Shown here piece by piece: positions 38,249 through 49,731 of a DNA stretch of 64,000 nt. Under the pieces are notes generated by a model. That model saw only the letters and a list, made by a program, of their open reading frames with translations, had not been told where the DNA came from and did no database searches. Source of the stretch: Bdellovibrionota bacterium. GTDB taxonomy: Bacteria > Bdellovibrionota_C > UBA2361 > CALJRW01. The stretch is from the NCBI GenBank assembly GCA_041740355.1, contig JBGSMD010000005.1, positions 1 to 64,000 on the forward strand. The letters run 5' to 3'. Position 1 is the first letter of the stretch; every line of letters begins with the position of its first letter. The position numbers and the translations under genes are program-made.

Positions 38249-40138
38249 ATGAAATTATTTAATCCCAATGATATTTTCTCTAATCGTTACCAAATAGTCC
38301 GACCTCTTGGATCTGGAGGAATGAGTGAGGTTTATCTAGCAAAAGATTTAAATCTGAATGAAGATTTAGTAGCCATAAAATTTTTACACTTAGAGCTACA
38401 GCAATATCCCACTCAAATTAAAAGATTTCAGCAAGAAGTATTACTGACTAGAAGAGTTAATAGTCCTTATGTCGTTAAGACCTTTGATGCCGAGATCAGC
38501 AGCGATCATATCTATTTTGTAATGGAATATTTAGAAGGGATTAATTTAAATGAATTAATCGATTCTGAAAACTTACAGTTGGATCAGGTAATCCTGATAA
38601 TCTGTTCGATTATTTTGGGATTAGAAGCAGTTCATCAGGTTGGGATTATTCACCGTGATTTAAAAGCGGAAAACATTTTAGTTACTAATGATGGACAATT
38701 AAAAATTATGGACTTTGGAGTGGCTAAAGTTCAAAAAAATGATTTAACTATTGCTGGTGAAATTGTAGGAAGTTCTTGTTATATGTCTCCGGAAGTTTGG
38801 AAGGGAGATCCCGTTACAAACAAATCCGATATTTATTCCTTAGGAGTTCTAGCTTATCAAATGCTTACTAATCACTTCCCTTTTGATGGGGAGAATATGA
38901 TGCAAATTATGTATCAACATCTAGAAGGTGAAATTAAGGAGCCTAAGCAATATAATTCCTTAGTTCCAGCCGAACTTAATGAATTAATATTACGAATGTT
39001 AGAAATTGACCCAAAGCTACGCCCAGAGTTAGCAGAAATCAAAACTAAGCTTTTAGATATTGATGCGGATTTGAAAGAATCTGGAATGGAAAATTTGGAA
39101 AGTCAAAAAGCAAATCAGTTATATTTGGAACCAGCAGTGGAAGAGGTAACTAAACTTAAGTTAACTAACCTTAAATCTAATAGCTACAATGCTAAGAATT
39201 TAGCAAATATTAAAACTCAAAATCGCTCCGCAACACTAAGTCAAAATTGGCAGACTATGACTAAATTACGGTCATTAAAGAAAGTTAATTTTTCAACGTT
39301 TAAATTTTTGATTGCAGTAATATTTAGTTTAGCTACGATTTTTACGTTGATAATTATTAGCGATCCAAGTTCAGACTATTCACTTTGGCTGGTTGGTCAA
39401 GGAGGAACGTTTGATTCTAAAGCATTTGAACATAGTTATATTTTCCAATTGTTATTTTTTTCCGTTTTATTTTCACTGCCTATTTTTACAATTTTATTTA
39501 GTACCGTAAAGTTTTCGGAGTTATTTGTTAAGTTTCTATATTCTGTTGCTTGTTTTTTAATCTTGTTAATAGTTATCAATTACACTTATGTTTCTTGGTA
39601 CTCTAATGAAGCTGTGCAGCAATTACCATTAGATTCACCTGCTTTTATGTGGTATCTGGAAGTGACTCTCCCCAGAGCCATTCAGCATTTAATTGATGCA
39701 GTTTTACTGATCCCAATTGCTAGCCAAGCATTTGTAAGTTCAACTAACAGTTGGAATAATTTAATGGTGGATATCTTTAATGGTCCTCCCTTAATTTGGA
39801 TGTTTCACTATAATTCCTTAATCATCTTTGTATTTTTATTGTTAATTATTAATAAGTCGAATCTTAACTTCTTTCAAATTGCTCCGCGTAAGCGCTATCG
39901 ATTACCATTAATCTTATTCGCCTTATTTATTATAGAACCTAACCTCAAGGAGTATCTAGTGGTGAAGTCTTTATGGACTGAGGAATTAGTATTTTTTAAA
40001 ATAACTAAATTTGAGTTTGTGATCGACAATTTTTATTTACTCTGTTCATTAGTGAATTGGACTGTTTTACTTGGGTATCTTTTTTTTGCGACACGCCTTC
40101 GCCCAACTAAACAATCAAGTAGCCATCCTGCCAGTTAA
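38249..40138 (+). CDS. Hanks-type Ser/Thr protein kinase with multi-pass C-terminal membrane domain
   Basis: GSGGMSEVY, VAIK, HRDLKAEN, DFG, YMSPE, SDIYSLG; about 5-6 hydrophobic segments after residue 350. Confidence 0.92.
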   Translation: MKLFNPNDIFSNRYQIVRPLGSGGMSEVYLAKDLNLNEDLVAIKFLHLELQQYPTQIKRFQQEVLLTRRVNSPYVVKTFDAEISSDHIYFVMEYLEGINLNELIDSENLQLDQVILIICSIILGLEAVHQVGIIHRDLKAENILVTNDGQLKIMDFGVAKVQKNDLTIAGEIVGSSCYMSPEVWKGDPVTNKSDIYSLGVLAYQMLTNHFPFDGENMMQIMYQHLEGEIKEPKQYNSLVPAELNELILRMLEIDPKLRPELAEIKTKLLDIDADLKESGMENLESQKANQLYLEPAVEEVTKLKLTNLKSNSYNAKNLANIKTQNRSATLSQNWQTMTKLRSLKKVNFSTFKFLIAVIFSLATIFTLIIISDPSSDYSLWLVGQGGTFDSKAFEHSYIFQLLFFSVLFSLPIFTILFSTVKFSELFVKFLYSVACFLILLIVINYTYVSWYSNEAVQQLPLDSPAFMWYLEVTLPRAIQHLIDAVLLIPIASQAFVSSTNSWNNLMVDIFNGPPLIWMFHYNSLIIFVFLLLIINKSNLNFFQIAPRKRYRLPLILFALFIIEPNLKEYLVVKSLWTEELVFFKITKFEFVIDNFYLLCSLVNWTVLLGYLFFATRLRPTKQSSSHPAS

Positions 40139-40197
40139 TTAAAATTCACTTAAAAATGTTGCTATTTATTATAAACGCAATGTGTTAAATACGAAGT

Positions 40198-41847
40198 ATG
40201 TTAAGAGAAATTATTATCCGTAATCTAGCGACCATTGAGGAGCAATCAATCTCTTTCGGTGAAGGGCTTAATGTCATCACTGGGGAAACTGGTGCTGGCA
40301 AGTCGGTCATTTTAAAAGCGGTGGAATTAATCCTAGGACAAAAGGGTAGTGCCGAGTTAATTCGAACGGGCAAGGATAGTCTTGAAGTTCAGGCCCTGTT
40401 TGATTTACACCAACTTTCGCCGGAAGAGTTAAAACTATTTCCGGAAGACTGGCAAGATCAAGAGCTGGTTATTAAAAGATCGATTAGTTCCAATTCTAAA
40501 AATAAAATTTCGATTAATGGCAATTTAGCCACGCAACAGCAATTAGCAAAAATTGCTCCGGCATTACTCAGCATCTGTAGCCAAGGTCAAAACTTAAATT
40601 TATTAGATAAAAGTTATCATTTAGAGATTGTAGATTTTTTTGCTCAAAATGCTGAACTTCTGAAGGAATATCAAGTTGCTTTTCAAGACTGGAAATCATT
40701 GAAGCTTCGTCTGCTAAATTCCGAACAAGAATGGGGTGCCGCGGAAGAAGAACGGGAAGATTTAGAGTCTGAATTGAAGACTTTTAAATCACTTGGTTTA
40801 CATCCCGACTTAAGAACGGAATTAACTAAGCAAATTGAACAAATTAAAGGGCAAGGTAACTTGTTAGTTGTAAAGGATAACTTAGATCAATTACTAAACT
40901 CTGAAGTTGGTTTATTTGAATTAATCCCTAAGATTGGAATCGCCTTAAGAGAACTAAAAAAACTTAAAGGACCAAGTGATTCTTTAGATCAGACCTTTAA
41001 TCAGTTTTCTGATATTGCCGGAGAATTAGAAAATGAGATTCAGCACTTAGAGTTTGAAGAAAACTCCGAGTTAAATCTGGAGGAACTAGAAGATCGTTTA
41101 GCTGAATTAGCAAGGATTCAGCGTAAGTATCGAACGGATGATATCGGATTAATCGATTTATATAAAAGTAAAGAGAAGCGCTTATCTTGGTTGAATGACC
41201 TAGATGCTCCCGATAAATTAAGAGCTAACTTTGAAATTAAAAATAAAGAGTTAGATGACCTTTTATCGAAATTGACTAAGAATCGTACAAAAGCAATTCC
41301 GAAATTCGAAAAAAGTTTAGTTTCGATTTTAAAGGAATTAAATCTACCAAATGCTAGAGTAGAGGTTGTTCTGGAGTCATTAAGTGAACCTAGAAGTTTT
41401 GGAAAAGAATCCTTGGAATTCCTAATTAGTCTTAACCCCGGTGAAGTTTGTAAGCCTTTGCGTAAGGTCGCTTCTGGTGGGGAGATGTCACGTATTCTAC
41501 TTGGATTTAAAAGTATCTTTAATCAAACTCAAACTGGATGTTGTTTTATCTTTGATGAGATTGATACGGGGATTTCTGGAGCTACCGCTAGGATCGTTGG
41601 TGAGAAATTAAAATCAATTGCAAAAAACTCCCAAGTTTTGTGTATCACGCATTTAGCGCAGGTAGCATCTCTAGCTGATCATCACCTGAAGGTGGAAAAA
41701 TTTGTTACCGATCGAACCTTTACTCAGATCGAAAGCTTATCCATGGAGAAGCGAGTCGATGAGGTTGCCCGGCTCTTATCTGGTCGAGAGATTAGTGATA
41801 CTGCAAGAGCATCCGCTGTAGAGTTAATTCAGCAACAGCCGCATTAA
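40198..41847 (+). CDS. recN: DNA repair protein RecN
   Basis: TGETGAGKS, coiled coil, ASGGEMSR, FDEIDTGISG, ITHLAQVA. Confidence 0.95.
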   Translation: MLREIIIRNLATIEEQSISFGEGLNVITGETGAGKSVILKAVELILGQKGSAELIRTGKDSLEVQALFDLHQLSPEELKLFPEDWQDQELVIKRSISSNSKNKISINGNLATQQQLAKIAPALLSICSQGQNLNLLDKSYHLEIVDFFAQNAELLKEYQVAFQDWKSLKLRLLNSEQEWGAAEEEREDLESELKTFKSLGLHPDLRTELTKQIEQIKGQGNLLVVKDNLDQLLNSEVGLFELIPKIGIALRELKKLKGPSDSLDQTFNQFSDIAGELENEIQHLEFEENSELNLEELEDRLAELARIQRKYRTDDIGLIDLYKSKEKRLSWLNDLDAPDKLRANFEIKNKELDDLLSKLTKNRTKAIPKFEKSLVSILKELNLPNARVEVVLESLSEPRSFGKESLEFLISLNPGEVCKPLRKVASGGEMSRILLGFKSIFNQTQTGCCFIFDEIDTGISGATARIVGEKLKSIAKNSQVLCITHLAQVASLADHHLKVEKFVTDRTFTQIESLSMEKRVDEVARLLSGREISDTARASAVELIQQQPH

Positions 41848-42016
41848 GTTTTCTGTAATTGTATTTATTCTTTTTTTAATTTTCTATTACCATCTTTTAA
41901 GTCCTTCCGGCTATCGACTCCTAATAGTGAAAGAGAATTTTATTGTCGAGGAGGATTCTTGCTTCTTTTTTCAAGACAATTATTGCTACTCTTATAAGAA
42001 CTATATGAGTATACTG

Positions 42017-42178
42017 TCCCTCTGGGGGATATATAGTGATGACAAAAAATAAATTACGTAAAAAGTATATAGATTAATTTGCTTTTTTGTCATAACTATA
42101 TGATTTTATTATCCCTCCGGGGGATAGAACGCCCCAAAAAGTAATTTTCTTACGTAAATTACTTTTTGGACTTTCTAT
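42017..42178 (-). repeat. Family A copy 3
   Basis: Inverted copy of 1-140, plus an extra linker TCCCTCTGGGGGATA at 42017-42031. Confidence 0.9.
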
Positions 42179-42448
42179 AGTTAGTCCAAAAAATAAATTA
42201 CTTTAAAACACTAACAATTTTGCTAGGACTCACTATTTATATTGTTTTTAGATATGCAAACTTGGATATCCACCGTAGCTTTTGCTTTGGTGCGACAAGA
42301 CTCCAAGATTTTCATTAGCTGAAATGACCCTGTTAAATTTACTAACCAGCCTTCGCAGAAGCTTCGGCTAAGCAGGCAGAAAATTATTTATTGTCATTAC
42401 TATATTTAGCTCCAAAAAGTAATTCCTGATGGAAAGTACTTTTGGCCT
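42177..42448. repeat. Composite repeat: A-type hairpin arms enclosing family F copy 2 (with B-variant in its loop) and a B unit, followed by another A hairpin
   Basis: Left arm 42177-42201; F about 42202-42316; insert 42269-42299; B-like CCAGCCTTCGCAGAAGCTTCGGCTAAGCAGG 42346-42376; right arm 42379-42405; hairpin 42407-42448. Confidence 0.65.
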
Positions 42449-42676
42449 TACTAGGCCTGAATTCCAACGACACTATTTGTTACTTTATAAGCAATCAGAA
42501 GAATCTTACCCGCTATTTGAGTATTTAAGGATTTTTCCCTGATAGTTTAAGACACAAATGCAGAAACATTCTCAGCTCATCAATCGAATAACAAATAACT
42601 ATTCTTATGATTTTTTTTAATAAATTAAAAAATATTTAGAAAATGAATGATTTCAAGTGCCAATATAAATAAACAA

Positions 42677-42741
42677 TATCAAGCACTTAGCTGTTAATTC
42701 TAGTTTAGGCACTTGACAACCTAGGACAAAATACATAATTT
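42677..42741 (+). promoter_or_regulatory. IHF consensus site and sigma70-like promoter upstream of the M23 peptidase
   Basis: TATCAAGCACTTA matches WATCAANNNNTTR with an upstream A/T tract; TTGACA (42713)-17 bp-TAATTT. Confidence 0.45.
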
Positions 42742-42765
42742 CGCACTGTTCCGTAGGAACAAACT

Positions 42766-43656
42766 ATGTCAGTGAAAAATAAAGACTACTACACCATCTG
42801 GATTCATTCTTCTGGATTTAGAGGGATAAAACGTCTCAAAATACACAAAAGAGCTCTTGTTTCATTTCTTGTAAGCTCTACCGTTTCTTTGATGTTAACC
42901 GTAAGTTTTCTCGGGTCGCGTCTTCCTATTCAACAAGACTACATCTCTAATATTTCTTATAACAATTTCATGGCTAGCCATCAGGTTTACCGTGAGCTTA
43001 AATCACAGTTATCTGGGCGATTAAGCGAATTAGGTGCTGTTTTAAAGTCAGCCGGTGACTTGGGTGTTATTAGTCAACGCAAGTTAGAGGCTTTAGATTT
43101 AGGTGATATTAACTCCATTGGAGGTCTTGATTACGAATGTGAAGGTGAAGCCTGTGTACAAAAGGTTGTTCTTTCTCCCTCGGTACTTAGTACTAATCAG
43201 TTAATTGAAAAAACAAAGGCTTACGAACAGTTATTTAAAAAATTGCCGCTTAATTTCCCGCTAAAGTCTGGGCGGATGACTTCTCCTTTTGGGAACCGTA
43301 AATCACCGTTTTCTAGCGGTTGGAAGATGCACCGTGGAGTTGATATCGGTGCCAAGTATGGAACGGAGGTCTATTCGAGCTCTCATGGCAAGGTAATTAA
43401 TGTTGAGTATCATGCAACCTACGGTAAAGTTGTGGACATTCGTCACAATAAAGATGTTGTCACGCGTTATGCTCATTTGTCGCACGTTAATGTCAAAGAA
43501 GGTCAGCGAGTTACAGCGGAAACTGTGATCGGTAAGGTTGGAGCAACAGGGAGAGCCACTGGCCCACATTTACATTACGAAATTATTGTTAATAATAAGC
43601 CACTTAACCCCCAACATCTAATCAGCTTGGGTAGCCTTGCTCAGAAACTACTCTAG
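42766..43656 (+). CDS. M23 family metallopeptidase (membrane-anchored)
   Basis: N-terminal TM, HRGVD (HxxxD), YAHL, TGPHLHYE (HxH). Confidence 0.92.
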   Translation: MSVKNKDYYTIWIHSSGFRGIKRLKIHKRALVSFLVSSTVSLMLTVSFLGSRLPIQQDYISNISYNNFMASHQVYRELKSQLSGRLSELGAVLKSAGDLGVISQRKLEALDLGDINSIGGLDYECEGEACVQKVVLSPSVLSTNQLIEKTKAYEQLFKKLPLNFPLKSGRMTSPFGNRKSPFSSGWKMHRGVDIGAKYGTEVYSSSHGKVINVEYHATYGKVVDIRHNKDVVTRYAHLSHVNVKEGQRVTAETVIGKVGATGRATGPHLHYEIIVNNKPLNPQHLISLGSLAQKLL

Positions 43657-43764
43657 TAATACTTCAGGATTTGGTTGATTTTCAAAGAAAAAAATACTTA
43701 TTTTTTAAGTATTTTAGCTGGGGAAACCAAGATACTCCAATGCCTAAAAACTAAAAATGAATTT

Positions 43765-43806
43765 CTTGTTCGCCGACTTGTCCGCCGTAGCTTTAGCGAA
43801 GGTTGA
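43765..43806 (-). repeat. Family B unit plus half unit
   Basis: Reverse complement TCAACCTTCGCTAAAGCTACGGCGGACAAG-TCGGCGAACAAG, nearly identical to 19004-19045. Confidence 0.9.
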
Positions 43807-44080
43807 TGTATTCTTCCAAGCTGCTCAGTAATTCTTAATGTTATTCAGTATGCTAAGAAACTGATTCAATTTTAGTATTTATCATTGTCACCTTGTTGCG
43901 ACTAGCTTAACTAACTGTGGCACACTTACATTTTTGTCAAATTTTTTAATTTGCCCTACCTACAAACTCTTAGGGTTTATCTACTTTAGTTTTTTGATAG
44001 TGCCTTTTTGTCGTTAGATAATTGCTGATATCTCAAAAAAATGCTATCTAATTGTGCATAAATTTATACTTAATTATTTC

Positions 44081-45007
44081 ATGTCTAGAAAAAAAATTGC
44101 CTTAATTGGCGCCGGTCAAATTGGTGGTACTTTAGCGATGTTAACAGGCTTACGTAATCTGGGAGACGTCGTTCTTTATGATATAGTGGAAGGAATGCCA
44201 GCAGGGAAAGCCTTAGACATTAGCCACCTGTCTCCAGTTTTTGGATTAGATTTTAAAATCACTGGAACTAATAATATCGCTGATATTGCTGATGCTGATA
44301 TCTGTGTTGTTACATCTGGACTTCCAAGAAAACCCGGTATGTCACGTGATGACCTACTTAAGATTAATTCTGACATCGTCACAAGTGTTGCCGAGTCAAT
44401 TAAGAAGTATGCACCAAACACTTTAGTGATAGTTACCACAAACCCACTAGATGTGATGGTTTATCAGATGTTTAAAAAGACTGGATTTGCCGCTAATAAA
44501 GTAGTGGGAATGGCGGGAGTGTTAGATACAAGTCGCTATCGTGCCTTCTTAGCTGAAGAATTAAATGTTTCAGTTGATTCAGTTTCTGCTTTTGTTCTTG
44601 GTGGACATGGCGATGCTATGGTTCCTGTACGTTCATATACAAACGTAGCAGGAATCCCAATTGAAAAATTACTTGATTCCGCAACTCTTGATCGGATTGA
44701 AGCCCGAGTAAGAAATGCCGGCGGGGAAGTTGTAGCTTTACTTAAAACTGGTTCTGCCTTTGTTTCACCAGCAGCAGCTTGTATCCAAATGATGGAGAGC
44801 TATTTATTTGACCAAAAAAAATTACTTCCAGTAGCTGCTTATTGTCAGGGTGAGTATGGCATTAAAGACTTATACATTGGGGTACCTGTAATTATTGGTG
44901 CTGATGGAGTTGAAAAGATTATGGAAATTGAATTGAATGCTGCTGAAAAAGCTGAGCTTGAAAAGTCAGTAGAAGGCGTTCAGTCAATGGTTAACTTAAT
45001 ATCATAA
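44081..45007 (+). CDS. mdh: Malate dehydrogenase (LDH-like)
   Basis: [33 protein letters not shown]; ATG 44081. Confidence 0.96.
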   Translation: MSRKKIALIGAGQIGGTLAMLTGLRNLGDVVLYDIVEGMPAGKALDISHLSPVFGLDFKITGTNNIADIADADICVVTSGLPRKPGMSRDDLLKINSDIVTSVAESIKKYAPNTLVIVTTNPLDVMVYQMFKKTGFAANKVVGMAGVLDTSRYRAFLAEELNVSVDSVSAFVLGGHGDAMVPVRSYTNVAGIPIEKLLDSATLDRIEARVRNAGGEVVALLKTGSAFVSPAAACIQMMESYLFDQKKLLPVAAYCQGEYGIKDLYIGVPVIIGADGVEKIMEIELNAAEKAELEKSVEGVQSMVNLIS

Positions 45008-45014
45008 AAATAAA

Positions 45015-45707
45015 GTGGATCTAATTGCTTTTTATCGTTCAACAATAGGGAAGAAGGTTATCGTAGCACTAACGGGCTTAATGCTTGTTGGCTTCGTAAT
45101 TGGACACATGGCAGGAAACTTAAAAGCCTTTGCCGGTGCTGATGTTAATGGAGTTCATAAACTCGACCATTACGCGGAATTCTTAAGAACTTTTGGTCAA
45201 GACATTTTAGGATATGGTGGCTTTCTTTGGATTGCACGGATCGGATTATTAATAGCAGTAATTATGCACATCGTTGCCATCGTTCAGCTTCGCAATTTGA
45301 ATCGACGGGCACGACCTCAGGGATATCATTCAGAAAAGAAGGATTTATCTAAGTTAGCTGTAAACCTAATGTTTGTTGGTGGCTTGTCGATTGCCGCGTT
45401 CATTGTGTTTCATTTACTTCATTTAACTTTTGGAGCAATTCACCCCAGCTTTGAAGCAGGTAAAGTTTACCGCAATATTTTGATTGCCTTCCAGAATCCT
45501 TTTATTACCTTAATATATATTGTAGTGATGTGTTTCCTTGGATTACATCTTTACCATGGGGTTTGGAGTGTTTTTCAAACTCTTGGACTCAATCGTCCAA
45601 GATATGATTCATACATTAGACTTGGAGCAAAAGTTATTGCTGGCACGGTAGCCTTTGGTTTCATGATTGTTCCTCTGGCAATTTTGTTTGGTTTTTTATC
45701 AGCGTAA
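45015..45707 (+). CDS. sdhC: Succinate dehydrogenase cytochrome b subunit
   Basis: STIGKK..ALTG, HMAGNL, conserved His residues in TMs, HG.WS.FQTLG. Confidence 0.92.
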   Translation: MDLIAFYRSTIGKKVIVALTGLMLVGFVIGHMAGNLKAFAGADVNGVHKLDHYAEFLRTFGQDILGYGGFLWIARIGLLIAVIMHIVAIVQLRNLNRRARPQGYHSEKKDLSKLAVNLMFVGGLSIAAFIVFHLLHLTFGAIHPSFEAGKVYRNILIAFQNPFITLIYIVVMCFLGLHLYHGVWSVFQTLGLNRPRYDSYIRLGAKVIAGTVAFGFMIVPLAILFGFLSA

Positions 45708-45713
45708 TTTCAA

Positions 45714-47630
45714 ATGACATTAAATTCTAATATTCCTTCTGGTAATATGGCTGATAAGTGGACGAACCATAAGTTCTCCATGAAGCTTGTTAATCCCTCT
45801 AATAAAAGAAAATATAAAGTAATTGTGGTTGGCACAGGACTTGCGGGCGCCTCGGCTGCTTCAACAATGGCTGAACTTGGTTACGATGTTCATGCCTTTA
45901 CTTTTCATGATTCACCAAGAAGAGCTCATAGTATTGCTGCTCAAGGTGGAATTAACGCTGCTAAGAATTATCAAAATGATGGTGATAGTGTTAATCGTTT
46001 ATTCTATGACACAGTTAAGGGTGGTGACTTCAGATCTCGTGAAGCTAATGTTCACCGCTTAGCTGAAGTTAGTGTTAATATTATCGATCAGTGTGTTGCT
46101 CAGGGCGTTCCATTTGCCAGAGAGTATGGTGGGTATTTAACAAACCGTTCTTTTGGTGGAGCTCAGGTTTCCAGAACTTTTTATGCTCGTGGACAAACTG
46201 GACAACAATTGTTGTTAGGAGCTTACTCCGGGCTTTCTCGTCAAATCTCCAGCGGTGGAGTTAAGATGTATAACAAAATGGAAATGCTTGATGTGGTGAT
46301 TTCTGATGGACGTGCTGTTGGTATTACTGTACGTAATTTGATTACAGGAGAAATTACTACTCATTCAGCAGATGCCGTTGTCTTGGCTACTGGTGGATAT
46401 TCCAACGTCTATTACTTATCAACTAATGCCATGTTATGTAATGTAACGGCGTCGTTTCGTGCTTATAAAAAAGGAGCCTATTTTGCTAACCCTTGTTTTA
46501 CTCAAATTCATCCTACTTGCATCCCTGTTTCTGGCGATTACCAGTCAAAGCTAACATTAATGTCCGAATCTCTTCGTAATGATGGAAGAATTTGGGTTCC
46601 AAAAAATAAAAACGATACCCGTCCTGTTGCACAGATTCCCGAATCTGAAAGAGACTATTTCTTAGAAGAACGATATCCAACATTTGGTAACTTGGTTCCA
46701 AGAGATATTGCCTCTCGTAATGCTAAGGAACGCTGCGATGCCGGCTTCGGAGTTGGTGGTAGTGGCTACGGTGTCTATCTTGATTTTGCAGAATCAATTC
46801 AAAGATTAGGAAAGGACACAATTGCCGATCGTTACGGTAACTTATTCGAAATGTACGAAAGAATTACTGGTGAAGATCCATTTAAAATTCCAATGAGAAT
46901 TTACCCAGCACCTCACTATACTATGGGTGGACTATGGGTTGATTATAATTTGATGACCAATGTTCCTGGACTTTTTGCCATTGGTGAAGCAAACTTTTCT
47001 GATCATGGAGCAAATCGCTTGGGTGCGAGTGCCTTGATGCAAGGACTTGCTGATGGTTACTTTGTACTTCCTGCAACAATCGGTAATTTTTTAGCGAATG
47101 TTAAACCGGCGGCCAAAGACTTTGCTAACTTGAATGAATTTTCAGAATCAAAATCAGAGCAGGAAAAGCAAATTGCTAAACTTTTAAGCATTAAAGGAAA
47201 TCGCACTGTTGATTCTATTCATCGTGAGTTGGGAAGGATCATGTGGGATAACTGTGGAATGGCTAGAAGCAAGGAAGGTTTGGAAGAAACCTTAGCGACG
47301 ATTCCAAAAATTCGGGAAGAGTTTTGGAATAATATTTCAATTCCCGGTGATTCTAAAGACCTAAATGCCACACTTGAAAAAGCAGGTCGTGTTGCTGACT
47401 TTATTGAATTTGCTGAAATAATGTGTCACGACGCCCATGATCGCAATGAATCTTGTGGTGGTCACTTTCGTGAAGAATACCAAACTCCAGGAGGTGAAGC
47501 TTTACGTAATGATGAAGAATATGCTTATGTTTCGGCTTGGGAACATCAAGGATTAGGTAACAGACCTAAGTTACATAAAGAAGAATTAGTTTTTGAAGAT
47601 GTGAAACCATCTCAACGAAGTTACAAATAA
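45714..47630 (+). CDS. sdhA: Succinate dehydrogenase/fumarate reductase flavoprotein
   Basis: [37 protein letters not shown]. Confidence 0.96.
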   Translation: MTLNSNIPSGNMADKWTNHKFSMKLVNPSNKRKYKVIVVGTGLAGASAASTMAELGYDVHAFTFHDSPRRAHSIAAQGGINAAKNYQNDGDSVNRLFYDTVKGGDFRSREANVHRLAEVSVNIIDQCVAQGVPFAREYGGYLTNRSFGGAQVSRTFYARGQTGQQLLLGAYSGLSRQISSGGVKMYNKMEMLDVVISDGRAVGITVRNLITGEITTHSADAVVLATGGYSNVYYLSTNAMLCNVTASFRAYKKGAYFANPCFTQIHPTCIPVSGDYQSKLTLMSESLRNDGRIWVPKNKNDTRPVAQIPESERDYFLEERYPTFGNLVPRDIASRNAKERCDAGFGVGGSGYGVYLDFAESIQRLGKDTIADRYGNLFEMYERITGEDPFKIPMRIYPAPHYTMGGLWVDYNLMTNVPGLFAIGEANFSDHGANRLGASALMQGLADGYFVLPATIGNFLANVKPAAKDFANLNEFSESKSEQEKQIAKLLSIKGNRTVDSIHRELGRIMWDNCGMARSKEGLEETLATIPKIREEFWNNISIPGDSKDLNATLEKAGRVADFIEFAEIMCHDAHDRNESCGGHFREEYQTPGGEALRNDEEYAYVSAWEHQGLGNRPKLHKEELVFEDVKPSQRSYK

Positions 47631-47653
47631 GAAGTTATAAATAAATCGTTAGT

Positions 47654-48433
47654 ATGAAGATTAAATTAAAGATTTGGCGACAAAAAGATAGTAAGTCTCA
47701 AGGTGAGTTCGTTAACTATGAACTTGATGAGGTGAGTGAGCATATGTCTTTCTTAGAAATGCTAGACGTACTTAATGAACAATTAGAATCCAAGAATCAA
47801 GAACCAATCGCTTTTGAACACGATTGCCGTGAAGGAATTTGTGGATCATGTGCTTTGATGATTAATGGTTGCGCTCATGGTCCAGAAGCTGCCACAACAA
47901 CTTGTCAGTTACATATGCGTTGTTTTAAAGATGGTGATTCGATTGTAATTGAACCATGGCGTGCTTCTGGTTTTCCAGTTGTTAAAGATTTGGTCGTTGA
48001 TCGTTCTGCATTTGATCGAATTATTCAAGCAGGCGGATATATCTCTGTTAGTACTGGCTCTGCTCAAGATGCTAACCTTATTCCAATTTCAAAACCTGTT
48101 GCAGATAAATCAATGGACGCCGCTGCATGTATTTCTTGTGGAGCTTGTGTTGCCGCTTGTCCAAATGGATCGGCAATGTTGTTTACAGCTGCTAAGGTTG
48201 CTCACTTAGGACTTCTTCCTCAAGGGCAACCGGAACGATACCGTCGAGTTAAAGATATGGTGGAGCAAATGGATAACGAACGTTTTGGATCTTGCACAAA
48301 CTATGGTGCCTGTCAGGACGCTTGTCCAAAATCAATCAGCATTGAATTCATTAGTCGAATGAACCAGGATTACATTAAGGCACAATTCTTAGCTCGTATT
48401 AAGAAGGATGATGCTCGGATTAAGGCACAGTAG
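47654..48433 (+). CDS. sdhB: Succinate dehydrogenase iron-sulfur subunit
   Basis: [33 protein letters not shown]. Confidence 0.96.
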   Translation: MKIKLKIWRQKDSKSQGEFVNYELDEVSEHMSFLEMLDVLNEQLESKNQEPIAFEHDCREGICGSCALMINGCAHGPEAATTTCQLHMRCFKDGDSIVIEPWRASGFPVVKDLVVDRSAFDRIIQAGGYISVSTGSAQDANLIPISKPVADKSMDAAACISCGACVAACPNGSAMLFTAAKVAHLGLLPQGQPERYRRVKDMVEQMDNERFGSCTNYGACQDACPKSISIEFISRMNQDYIKAQFLARIKKDDARIKAQ

Positions 48434-48578
48434 TCTTAACCAATTTAAAAGTACCATTATCTTTATTAACTTCCTGATTGTAATAAGTAGTGTTTTTGTA
48501 ACTTACGCGAAATCTGATATTTCAACTAATTGTACATTGCTAAATTCTAATAAAGTTTGTGTGGAGTGTAGATAATTT

Positions 48579-49121
48579 TCATGGGGGACATTGTGAGCAA
48601 TCAGCACTCACACTGCCCTGTCCTTGATTCATGCTAAGGTTACCTCGGATTTTACCATAAGAATCTACATTGGAAGGATAAATAAAATAGGAAGTATTGC
48701 CTGGATATTCTGGACTAATTGTTCCACAACAGTGACTGGTATTTCCGTCATGATTACTTTGGGATCTCATCGACGAAGCAAAGAATACCTTTGGGTCAGG
48801 AACGTAACCAGGTAAAGCTTGGCTTAGAGTATAACCGGCAAAACCAGACCATGTTCCCGTAGCATTTACTACAATTTCTCTAGCCGGATTATATCCAATG
48901 CTAAATTGAGAAGTACCAAAAGGTTGAGGTATCCTACCTATGTGATCAGCTATAAATGCTTCTCGACTAGTATTAAGTGCATAAACATGAGAAATTGCTA
49001 CAGAATCATTTGCACGTCTTCTGTAGCTATCGAAAATTGCTATTGAAATTGAAGATATAATACCAACAATGGCTACAGTGACCAACAGCTCAATAAGACT
49101 AAATCCTGATACTTTTTTCAT
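48579..49121 (-). CDS. Type IV pilin-like protein
   Basis: Prepilin site G|FSLIELLVTVAIVGII with Glu5; Cys-rich C-terminus. Confidence 0.88.
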   Translation of the reverse strand: MKKVSGFSLIELLVTVAIVGIISSISIAIFDSYRRRANDSVAISHVYALNTSREAFIADHIGRIPQPFGTSQFSIGYNPAREIVVNATGTWSGFAGYTLSQALPGYVPDPKVFFASSMRSQSNHDGNTSHCCGTISPEYPGNTSYFIYPSNVDSYGKIRGNLSMNQGQGSVSADCSQCPP

Positions 49122-49236
49122 TTTTTTGCTAACATAATTATTGGCCTTCCGTTTTTAACTATTTTTTATTGCCCCATTTGTTTATTTTCTCATTAAATAG
49201 CTATGGTTTCAATACTTTTACTTTTTCTTATGGATA

Positions 49237-49503
49237 TTAATAAAGAACGCTTATTTTTAGTGACCAATAGCTCATAAATTTGAGTGTTGTAACCGATATA
49301 ATTGAAATTACTAAGCCTTGCTTACGCAAATCGTCGCAGAGTTTAATTAGATTAGATTCAAACCTCCTAATAGAAATTAGAAATTTAGTCATGTTACAAA
49401 CAAGCCTATTTAAACCTCCCAGAAACGTGAATTCTTTCGGGGACAATGCAAGCGCCGCAGTAACCAAGAGTTCGATAAGACTGAATCCAGCTGCCTTCTT
49501 CAT
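49237..49503 (-). pseudogene. Truncated pilin paralog remnant
   Basis: MKKAAGFSLIELLVT matches the neighbouring pilin start, then the hydrophobic helix breaks off. Confidence 0.65.
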
Positions 49504-49731
49504 TTGGTGTTAATTTACATTTGATGTCCTAATTCCTTGACAGAACCCTATCTCAATCCTGACTCTAACAAACTACACATTCAATAGTATTTATTTTGCT
49601 GGAGATTATCATCTACCTATCTAGATCTTAGCTGGCTTCAGAATGCCACGATTATCTTAATTTCAGTTAACCACTGGCAATAAAATGTCATTTCAGCTAA
49701 AGTAGCATCGATTTTTAACATAATTTAATTA

